A stretch of DNA of 64,000 bases from Macrostomum hystrix. Taxonomy: Eukaryota > Animalia > Platyhelminthes. The translations under genes were made by a program, and so were the position numbers. Below the pieces are notes generated by a model, which did not search any database, was not told the DNA's origin, and saw nothing but the letters and a program-made list of their open reading frames with translations. The DNA lies in contig CATNEN010000033.1 of the NCBI GenBank assembly GCA_950097015.1, forward strand, positions 4,464,001-4,528,000. Direction: 5' to 3'. Shown here in pieces: positions 54,580 to 64,000 of this stretch. Every line of letters begins with the position of its first letter. Position 1 is the stretch's first letter.

Positions 54580-55736
54580 AACTGTTTGGGCAGGTGGTGC
54601 TGCAGGTGGTATACCTGATTTTCTTGATAATTCTGGTCAAAGAAGCCTCGACGCGATGCTGTGGCCGCACTTGGCGACCAGTAGCGCGACTGCTGCCCAT
54701 CGAGCTCCTCCGCAGCTGCGCAGTTGGCGGTGGCGGTCAGAGACCCAGTCGGCTGAGCCGAGGCCGGCCAGGAGGCGTTGGGGTGCACGGCCTGATGCGC
54801 CGTCGAAGCCATCAAGGCGGCCCGAGGGCTAATTGGACCCTCGGAGGACAAGTCAGAAGCCGGAAGCGAGTAGTACTCGGACACCGCTGAGGTGGCTGCT
54901 TCTCTAGCTGATGGAATAGGGAGCTGAGGCCCCGCGGCTGCAAAGGAAAAGGAGCTGCACCATGAAAATTTGTAAACAATCGGGACGTGATTTGGGCAAA
55001 AACTCACGACTAGCTGGCCCAGTCGGCATCGTCTTTAACCAGGCCTCGAACTCTAGCAGCCAACGGTGCTGACTCAAGCGCAGCTGCTCAACCGCTTCGA
55101 TCTCTGCGGATCTGTCGGCGCCGCTGACATCGGCTTTGCCCGCAGAGTTTTCCTGCGCATCGGAGCCGAGCTCCAGGGCTGACGCGGCGGTCTCTAGGAG
55201 GCGCGTGCCTTCAGCATCGCTGGCACCGGCATCTTCGCTGAGCCGGGCCACCAGAGCATCGCGAGTAGCTCGCAGCTCGCCAACCCGACGGTCCAGAAGG
55301 CGTCGACAGTTTCGCTCCAGCTGCTCCGTCTCAGAGAGTCGCTGGCGCCTCTGCGCCGCCAGGACGTCTTCCAGCCAGCGGAAGGCGCCTTCCAGAGTGC
55401 GCCGACGATCCTGAAGGTCGCGCTGAAGTCGTTCGCGTGTGGCTTCCACGGCTCGACGTCTTTTCTGGAGCTGGTGGGCGCACTCCGCCATTTGCTGGTG
55501 GAGCTGCTGCTGCCGCTGCTGCTGCTGCTGGCCGCGAGCAGTTTGCGTGACGCTAAACTGCGTCCCACCGGTGGTGCACCTGTGAATCAGAGACGAGATT
55601 TCATGATACGACAGAATCGAGACACAATATCTTGCTTAAACAGCTGAATTCTCAGAAGCTCTCACCTTTGAAGTGACGGCTGCTGCTGCTGCTGCTGCTG
55701 CTGCTGTGGTAAGCTTTGATGCCGACGTCCAGACAT
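53658..55736 (-). CDS. Coiled-coil plus beta-propeller (TRIM-NHL-like, no RING/B-box) protein; exons 55736-55666, 55579-55008, 54937-53658; about 640 aa
   Basis: In-frame GT-AG junctions (phases 2 and 1). N-terminal heptad-rich helix (RRAVEATRERLQRDLQ..LETAASALEL), a Q/S/A-rich linker, then beta-blade-like repeats (ISIAFAGPPENLIYVAE, PYRLAWCPQSQRLLVL, PMDIVTAD, VSAGWSGSTQQLAVL). The start codon is inferred. Confidence 0.65.
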
Positions 55737-57684
55737 GTCGTGAAGGACACTGGAATGCCACGGAATCGATGAGTCTAGCTGTTACCTGTGGGCTGGGACC
55801 TGTATCATCTGTAGTCAGTTGTGCGGCAGTGGTGGGCCGGAACACTGTCAGGCAGTCGCTCCTGGCGCATGCTTTAATTCGTTTATGCCAACATTTTCTT
55901 AGCGGAAGTCCAACTTTTCCGTCAGCAACCACCACACAATTTCTACTTCAATTTGCCGTTGCTGGCTGACTAACTTTAATAGCTAAAATTTCTTCACTAA
56001 ATTACCCTGTCCATTAAGGTTTGAAATTGAGGCCTGAACGGTAATTCACAGCCCTTGGCCTTGCGCACAGCCCTGTGCCGGGAGTACATTGTGCTGCATG
56101 AAGGCAGGGCACGAGTGCACAGGCATGGCGAGGGGTGGCTGCTCAGCGCAGATTGATGTGCGCAGCTTCAAATGCACTGCAGAATTTTCGAACGGAAATA
56201 TTTACTAGTAGAACAACAAAAGCAAAAATACAAAAAAAATCTGAATTTTAATGTTTGGCTTATCTCACCCACCCCCTCCATCTCGTATGTTTATTAAGTT
56301 AATCCACTGGAGACATTGAGGGTGGGTATGGCGTCCGCCCATTACATGGACTGAACAGCCGTACGCAGCTTTCAGATGCGCCGCTACACATCTGGGCCGA
56401 TTGGGGTGGGTCTCATGAATTATTATTATTATTACTAGTTATAACTTATTAATGTTCGTTAAGTCTCTCATTACCCACCAGCAGTCACCACTTTGCCATT
56501 AGTGTCATCTGGTTCCATTGAATCCAGAGCCGCAGTTGTGGGGTTACCCGCAGCCCCGCCCAAGTTGCTATCTGGTCTACGCAATGTCCCTTATCAGTTG
56601 GCAGATAGAGGCCTTCCAATTGAGGTCCCCCACAAGACTGTTAGGGAAATTTGAGTGCACTTGAGTGAGTACGCGTGTGAGTACTCGTATCTGAGCTGTT
56701 GGGTCATGAGACAGCAGGCAAGGTGTTATAATGCGCTCCCTGGCACTAAAAAAGCAACAATTCCAGAAGAGATATAAAAATGCCGACCGAACCAGGCTGA
56801 GATCTTCATAGGACTTGGTTAACCATTTTTCGGGACAGGTTCTGTGTTCTTGTGCCAGATACGGCTGAATTCTCATGCATTTGTTGATAATTCCGAAAAG
56901 CAGGATCGAATAAATCAGATTCTAAATCTCATCGAGATCCGACAATCAGCTGTTCAGCCTTCGAAAAGTGCATTAGTTTGCGCCAATTCATCGAGTTATG
57001 TTTCCTAGGCGCACTGGCCGGGCTGAAATTTTCACCGAGTCATTGTCGAGCGATCTGCGCAGGTGACATCGAATGCGATTCTTGTTTGTTGATTTTGAGT
57101 TAAAGTTACTAACTACTTATTAGTAGAAGTTCGCGAGTTTTCCCAGCCAAAAGTATGACCCGTTCTTATTTATAGTAATATTTCCCAGGGGCAATATCTA
57201 GGGCAGATTTCTTAACAGAAAGCGACTAGACAATTTTCGCCAAAAACTATATTTAGTATGCGGAGCTGCTGGGTTACATAAATATTTCTGCTCTTCCGGA
57301 TGCGTTCGCACTGAAATAAAATGCTCCAAATAACAAGCTGCCAAGACTTTGCCTCTTTAAAAGGCCGATAGGCTTCCCTGACGAAGAGCTCTGCCTTTCG
57401 GAGACTTGTCTGATAGACTGGGCTAGATAATAAACAAAGCACTGCCCCAATGTTGGCCTGAGCAATTGACAGATCATGACCTATCAATCACCCATTTGGC
57501 TGGCTGAAAGGTAATTTAATTCAATAACGATTGACAGGTCTGTCCACAACGGTACTTTTAAAGGCTTTGCCCTTAGCACCGCTACTATGGATTCTAAATC
57601 CCTGTTTAAATAACGGAGAGACGTTCGGGTTAGGCAAGCCAAATAGAAACAGAAAGAGGGGCAGAGAGACGGGCAGCGAAATCT

Positions 57685-57802
57685 GCCAGCCAATCCGCGA
57701 GCGGGTCGGGGTAGAGATGATTGGCGCCAGTCGGGTGCAGAGATAAGCAGGGCTGAGAGAAAGGAGAGGCAGAGCAGACAGCCCAGCCAATCGGCCAATC
57801 GG
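57685..57802 (+). promoter_or_regulatory. Cluster of three CCAAT boxes upstream of the coiled-coil gene
   Basis: CAGCCAATC at about 57688, then CAGCCAATCGGCCAATC at about 57783-57800 (NF-Y consensus RRCCAAT). Confidence 0.35.
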
Positions 57803-57829
57803 GGCCCTGTCGGAACTGGTTTGGCTGGG

Positions 57830-58022
57830 ACCCTCCTCTCCGCCTTGGCTGAGGCCCTCCCCTCCGCCTTGGCTGGGGCCCTCCCCTCCGCCTTGGCTGG
57901 GGCCCTCCCCTCCGCCTTGGCTGGGGCCCTCCCCTCCGCCTTGGCTGGGGCCCTCCCCTCCGCCTTGGCTGGGGCCCTCCCCTCCGCCTTGGCTGGGGCC
58001 CTCCCCTCCGCCTTGGCTGGGG
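57830..58022. repeat. 24-bp minisatellite (about 8 copies)
   Basis: Unit GCCCTCCCCTCCGCCTTGGCTGGG. Confidence 0.95.
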
Positions 58023-58134
58023 CGCACACGAAAGAAGACGACTTTAAGATGAAGGAAGTGTTAATTACATTGGGATAGAATTTTATTTTATAGTTTTGTT
58101 TGTAAAATATTCTTTAGCTCTACTGGTTCTTTAG

Positions 58135-61100
58135 CCAGAGAACAACAATCATTCGTATGTTGAACCGCTATTAAAAAACGGCCCTTTTAAACACACTCGC
58201 AGCAGCGAATCGGACACCGAAGAACTGCGGCGAGACAGCAGCGTTGAGGACGACGACGGCGGAAGCATCAGGCGGCGCGCCCAGCTGCTGGCCAGCCGTT
58301 TCGGATTTCGGGACGGGCACGACAGTGCCAATGAGAACGACGAATCGGAGGCGACCACCGCAGGCGACGCCGATGGAGCTGGCGTCAGCGGCGGTGACGT
58401 TTTCGAAGCTGACACGGCGGACGAGCAAGCCAGAGCCGTGGACGAGCGAAACCAGCTGCTATTCGAGAGGAACCGCCTGCAGCATCACAAGAGGCAGCTG
58501 GAGGACCTGCTAGATAACAGTGAGGACTCGAATAAGCAGCTCAGCGACCGGGTCAAAGGCTTGGAGACTGAACTGGCGGGGTGAGTTGCGGGTGGGTGAG
58601 TCATCGCAGGTGGGGGTTGCTTAGGCGCGCAAATTTTCGACTGCATGGCAAGCAGTTAAAAGTACAAAGGCACTTAAAGCACCTGATGCTGTGCGCTGCA
58701 AATTGTGCAATAGAAAAGCAAATTTTTGTCTGATTTCAGACACTCAAAGGTAGGAAGAGTAAATTAAACAAGCTTCTTATCTTTTCGTTGGCTGGCAGAA
58801 ATTATTTTCTGAAAGTAGTCAGATAAGCGGACAGACAATCCCACTGCACTCCCTTTGAGCTGTCTGTGCTTTGCCTTGAGTCGATGAATATGTCTCTAAT
58901 CTCTGGTAGGGCTAGGGCGAAGCAAATCAGAGAAGCTGCTGTTTAGCAAACAGAAAGAGAATTCGGAGAGAAGACGCGAACTAGAATCTTTAAATTGCCG
59001 TCAAAATGGAAGGTTTAAAAATCTCGCCTCACAGACTTGCCCTGTCAAAGTAGTTCTTAGTTCGCGTCAGATCTGTGTCTGATCTACGAACCCAGGTAAA
59101 GGCGGAAGGGACTACATGAAATCCTCGTCCAACTGTCGCCCAAATCTCGCCTCAATACCACTTAACTCTCACATAAACACCGTAACTATCGCCCAACTCT
59201 CACCCAAATCTCACCTAACTCTCTCCTAACTCTCGCCAAACACTCCTCTAACTCTCGCCCAGTCACTGTATTTGCATAACACTCGCCCAACTCTAGCCAA
59301 GCTCTCGCCTTACTCTCACAAGACTCTCGTCCAGCTCTCTCCTAACTTTTCGCACAACTATCGCCCTACTCTCGCCTAACTCAAGCCGAAATCTCTGCCA
59401 ATTGTCGTCTAACTCTCGCCTTACTCTCACTTAACTCTCACCCTGCCACTGCCTAGCTTTCACCTCGTAACTTTCGGCCAGCTCAACCTAATATTGAACA
59501 GCTCTCGCCCGATCCTCTGTCCCATTGAAGTCTACGTCGAACAGGTCATCAGCTCAAACGTCGCCTTGAAGAGGAAACGGCCAGAGCCGATGCGATGGAG
59601 CGTCGAGCAGCCCAGGCGGAGTCGCTGGGTGCCTCGCTGCGTCAGGAAGTCGGCCGACTGCGCGACCGCAACAGCCGGCTGCGGGATGAGCTGCGGCACA
59701 GCCAGGGCAGCATTTCCGACTTCTTGAAGGACGTCGCCGAGGTGAGCCGAAGTAAATTACTGGATTGAAGACCTCCTGCAGTGCACGAATAGTCTAAAAG
59801 TCTGTAAGCAAAAGTATTCTAAGGGTCTGTTTGACAATTTGTTTGACAGGGTGAAACCAGTGCAAACAAAGCACAAGCAAGCGTTGAGGCCTGGTCACTT
59901 GACTTTCTAACCAACTGAACTCAGCCATTGTGTTTGCCGTTCTCACACGGGGACTCGCCTAAATTTTCATTGCGCACCACAATTTACTAAAAAAAATCCC
60001 CACATTCGCCGCCGCAGAAGAGGGCCAGCATCAAGCAGCTGGAGGACGACTTGGCTTGCCTAAGGAATAATTGCAACAGACTCAGCGCTGTACCATCCCA
60101 TCATCAACAGCAGCAGCCACAGCAGCAACCAGAAGGAACCACAAAGGATCCAATTCGGGATCGGCAACAGCAGCAGCAAAAAGAACAGACTCCATGGAGC
60201 GACACTAGCATTCGCGACGAGATTTTGGTACGCGCCTTCCCTTTCTCCCAACGCTAGACTAGCAATACATTCTATTTACTCTAACATCGGATAGACAAGC
60301 AATCCATTCTATTTCCACCATCATGGCATAGACTAGCAATCCATTCTATTTCCACTATAATGGAATGGACTAATAATAATAATAATAATAATTGCAGGAG
60401 GGCTGCGGGCAGTGGCACATCATTTGGTGACACTAGACCCGCAGCCAGCGAGGAGGCAATTCTGCCCATTTCGCTGACTCCTGAGCACACACGCACACAG
60501 ATACTGTACGCAGGCACACGCTCACACAGGATTGTACATCTGCCCTGACTTTCTCATCGTCAGGCAGTGTACATTTCACTGTGCCTTGGAGGTTGGCCCA
60601 CAAGGGCGTAAATTGCACGACAAGCCCCCAAGCCTTCTCTCCGCGGCTGCGCCCCAAATAAATGTGGCCTCGCCGCGGAATCGAACTTAGGGACCTTGGT
60701 GCGAGAGGCAAACGCGTTAACCGCTCTGCCACCGACCCCCTCCATGGAATGGACTAGCAATCCATTCTATTTTCACCATCATGGCATAGACTAGCAATCC
60801 ATTCTATTTATTCTAACATCGGATAGACAAGCAATCCATTCTATTTCCACCATCATGGGATGGACTAGCAATCCATTCTATTTCCTCTTTCATTGCATAG
60901 ACTAGCAATCCATTGTATTTCCACTATCATGGCATAGACTAGCAATCCATTCTATTCCCTGTTTCTGTTTCAGGTGAGTCAGCAGCTCAGATCTGACGGT
61001 CCGAGTCCATTCTGTGGCAAGTCAATGATTGAGACCGCAGGTGCGCAGAACGGGTTGGAATCGGAGGAGGCTGTCAACGTGTCAAAGCTGATCGGTACGC

Positions 61101-63998
61101 ATGTACTTTTAGCAGCTGTGTGGGCGCACTGCTGAAGGAAAATTCCTTTATTTCAATTTTCGAGTGCTGATTTTTCCTCGACAGCGGAGCGAGACTTCTA
61201 CAAGCGGCAGCTGACTGAGGCCACGGAGCGAATCAAGTCGACGGCGGGCATCGTCAGGCACGGCCTGCTGGAGAAATTCAACGCCTTGGAGCGCGAGGTT
61301 CAGAAGGAGAAGCTGGAGAACTCACGGCTGATTGAACAGGTGTGCTTGAGTACTGTTGGCGTTGAGAGCCGGTGGGTGTGAGAACCGGTGTGTGTGAGAA
61401 CCGGTGGGTGCGAGAACCGGTGGGTGTGAGAACCGGTGGGTGTGAGAACCGGTGGGTGTGAGAACCGGTGAGTGTGAGAACCGGTGGGTGTGAGAACCGG
61501 TGGGTGTGAGAACCGGTGGGTGTGAGAACCGGTGGGTGTGAGAACCGGTGGGTGTGAGAACCGGTGGGTGTGAGAACCGGTGGGTGTGAGAACCGGTGGG
61601 TGTGAGAACCGGTGGGTGTGAGAACCGGTGGGTGTGAGAACCGGTGGGTGTGAGAACCGGTGGGTGTGAGAACCGGTGGGTGTGAGAACCGGTGGGTGTG
61701 AGAACCGGTGGGTGTGAGAACCGGTGGGTGTGAGAACCGGTGGGTGTGAGAACCGTCTTTTTCACTGGAGCAATCTCAAACAGCAGCTCTCTAACCTGAA
61801 CCAACCCGTCCCCGCAGCTGAGGCGGTGCTACAGCAGGCAGGCAACGGCATGCAGTGACAGCGCCTGCCAAGTGGGGGAGCCGTTCCTGAGATCCGGTAA
61901 TCAGTCTCAGGGACACCTCGGGGTTTCTATGCATCATTTGGCAAAACTGCAACCAACTGCGCAAGCAAAATTTTTTTTCGCTCACTACTGTCATAAAACC
62001 TGAGTAGTGCAGTAGGCTTATCGTTGTCCGAATATTTTCCTAACTAAAAGTACACTGTCTGCGCACACGCAGCGAACAGACTCGAAGTTCGCACTTTCCG
62101 CTGCGAACGGCAGCCTCAGTTACCAGTGTTTATAGCAGCTTGGATTTGGGAGATTTGAAAAATACTGCCAGCCAGCCACAAACGCAGCCTCCTCCCGTCC
62201 CGCAGAGCCAAGCCGGTTCGACGCCCGCTTCCCTCGGAGTGTCTACCTGCACCAGAACCGCCGGCTGTCCACAGGCCTGGTCAGAGCCACCCCCTGCCCA
62301 CTGAAACCCAACCAGAGCGCCTGTTTGGCCAAGATTAGATAAAGCCTTTAGTGTTTGCAGTTGCCTTGGCAACCGGGTGGCAACCTTCGGTAGCTTTTTA
62401 GATAGCTAATCCCAAATCCCCAACCCCTACAGGTGTGTGAGTGTCCAGAGCTCGAATTTTAATTTCAGATTGGAAAATTCCTTCGGACCGGAACAGAGGG
62501 ACCTCATCACGGACTTGGCAGCTCAGTTGGTGAGTTTGTGAAGGATGGAGTAGAGCCCTGTGTGTCTGTGACTGAGTGGATTGCTAGCCTAGCCCTGTGT
62601 GTCTGTGACTGAGTGGATTGCTAGCCTAGCCCTGTGTGTCTGTGACTGAGTGGATTGCTAGCCTAGCCCCGTGTGCCTGTGACTGAGTGGATTGCTAACC
62701 TAGCCCTGTGTGCCTGTGACTGAGTGGATTGCTAACCTAGCCCTGTGTGCCTGTGACTGAGTAGATTGCTAACCTAGCCCTGTGTGTCTGTGACTGAGTG
62801 GATTGCTAGCCTAGCCCTGTGTGTCTGTGACTGAGTGGATTGCTAGCCTAGCCCTGTGTGTCTGTGACTGAGTGGATTGCTAGCCTAGCCCTGTGTGTCT
62901 GTGACTGAGTGGATTGCTAGCCTAGCCCTGTGTGTCTGTGACTGAGTGGATTGCTAGCCTAGCCCTGTGTGTCTGTGACTGAGTGGATTGCTAGCCTAGC
63001 CCTGTGTGTCTGTGACTGAGTGGATTGCTAGCCTAGCCCTGTGTGTCTGTGACTGAGTGGATTGCTAGCCTAGCATCACCCACCTCTCCTCAGACGCACT
63101 GGACCTCGCAGTGAAAAGTGCCGCAAACTCAGCCAAGCCAGCCCACACCCAGCAACCTGCAGTGCCAGAACAGGCCACCCCCAGGCCTCAGTTTGATCAT
63201 AGTCTTCCAGCCAGGGCCGTCAGCTCCAGGCTCAGCCTCCTGCACAGACCTCAGCTGCAGCATCGCAAGATGGCGGACTCACTTGATACTGCCGGAGGAG
63301 ATTCCCCTACGCATCTCCATGGCAACCACTATTCTCGAAGGTATCGATATAGGAAAAAAATAGGATAAATAGAGATCTTGTTAAAATCTTTTGGCTCAGC
63401 TGCTATCGTCAGAGATACTCGTTTTCTGGTCATGAATGCTCGTTTCTGGTCATAAATGCTCGTTTCTGGTCATAAATGCTCGTTTCTGGTCATAAATGCT
63501 CGTTTCTGGTCATGAATAGTCGGTGCATATTGACTTTCAAATATGCATACCAGCTCCAGTACTCAAAGCAATTTCTCTCTCATTTTCAATCGGCTTCCAG
63601 AATTCGAAAAGTGTCTTTCGGCGCCCCACTGAACCAGGCGGCGGTAAGGATTGCGAATTGTTTAGCAAAATCAGCAGATTTTTTGACGCAGTCACTGGCT
63701 AAAAACTGCCGACACTCCCCAACAGCCGCCGGAGCAGCAGCACCGGGACCTGTACCTTCAGGACCTGGTCAGCAGGCCAGTTCAGATGGAGGACGCAAAA
63801 CTCACCGACCAGGAGCGCCAGCAGAACTCACTGCTGCTGCGGCAGGCGGCACAGGCGAGCAGCCGGCTGAGGGAGGACGGCAGCGCGTCATCGCCGGACG
63901 GCTCGCCGAGGCACGGCAACAAGAGGCCGAGCCGAACCTCTTCTTCGTTCTTGTCATCGCTAAGGGTTTGTGCTTGCTTTTTACAGTCCATGGACTGA
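58135..63998 (+). CDS. Uncharacterised coiled-coil protein; exons 58135-58580, 59531-59741, 60018-60227, 60974-61094, 61185-61339, 61818-61896, 62206-62279, 62469-62529, 63094-63340, 63692-63998; about 636 aa, both termini uncertain
   Basis: Ten GT-AG-bounded segments join with consistent phases (2,0,0,1,0,1,0,1,2) into one open frame. Heptad-rich stretches include ERNQLLFERNRLQHHKRQLEDLL, LRQEVGRLRDRNSRLRDEL and LLEKFNALEREVQKEKLENSRLIEQL. A possible micro-exon ATGAAGGAA lies at 58049-58057. The last exon may be spliced before the stop. Confidence 0.7.
60373..60743 (-). mobile_element. Full-length tRNA-derived SINE (about 370 bp) with (ATT)n tail and 13-bp TSD
   Basis: Minus-strand head GGTCGGTGGCAGAGCGGTTAA (A box) ..AGTTCGATTCC (B box). 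Tail ATTATTATT at about 60392-60373. ATGGAATGGACTA is duplicated at 60360-60372 and 60744-60756. Confidence 0.85.
61365..61755. repeat. 16-bp intronic minisatellite
   Basis: Unit TGAGAACCGGTGGGTG. Confidence 0.95.
62555..63075. repeat. 37-bp intronic minisatellite
   Basis: Unit GAGTGGATTGCTAGCCTAGCCCTGTGTGTCTGTGACT. Confidence 0.95.
63432..63515. repeat. 20-bp intronic tandem repeat (about 4-5 copies)
   Basis: Unit TGCTCGTTTCTGGTCATAAA. Confidence 0.88.
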
Positions 63999-64000
63999 AC

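Noticed and set aside
57212-57487. Sphingosine-1-phosphate lyase-like N-terminus (SWQLVIWSIL)
   Set aside because: Only a short chance resemblance, with no downstream exons of the PLP domain.
60540-60575. Hammerhead ribozyme in the SINE body (CTGACGA..GAAA)
   Set aside because: There is no room for stem II between CUGANGA and GAAA; it is a simple hairpin.
60665-60740. Functional tRNA gene
   Set aside because: A/B boxes are present but the acceptor and anticodon stems are poor, and the sequence continues into a body, tail and TSD; it is a SINE head.

Overview
Eukaryotic (metazoan invertebrate) genomic DNA, not prokaryotic. It has GT-AG spliced genes, GC-rich codon usage in AT-richer surroundings, polyQ tracts, and about 25 unrelated tandem arrays, many of them inside introns. 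This style resembles the flatworm Macrostomum, but that is inference only. Reconstructed genes: MBOAT7/LPIAT1 (+, 3 exons), SSUH2-like CxxCxGxG protein (+), synaptotagmin-7-like tandem C2 protein with no visible transmembrane segment (-), a secreted protein with two IL-17-like cystine-knot modules (+), protein disulfide isomerase (-, 4 exons, KEEL), a Tctex1-domain protein (-), PP2A catalytic subunit (-, 4 exons), a coiled-coil plus beta-propeller (TRIM-NHL-like, no RING/B-box) protein (-), and a 10-exon coiled-coil protein (+). Mobile DNA: a decayed BED-finger hAT at the left edge; a non-autonomous hAT (8-bp TSD) nested in a non-autonomous Mutator-like element (109-bp TIRs, 9-bp TSD) inside PP2A intron 1; a full-length tRNA-derived SINE with a 13-bp TSD; and two related LINE 3' fragments. 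Most very long ORFs in the track are by-products of satellites. The best novelty candidate is the tandem IL-17-like secreted protein. All calls come from reading the sequence; no database searches were run.
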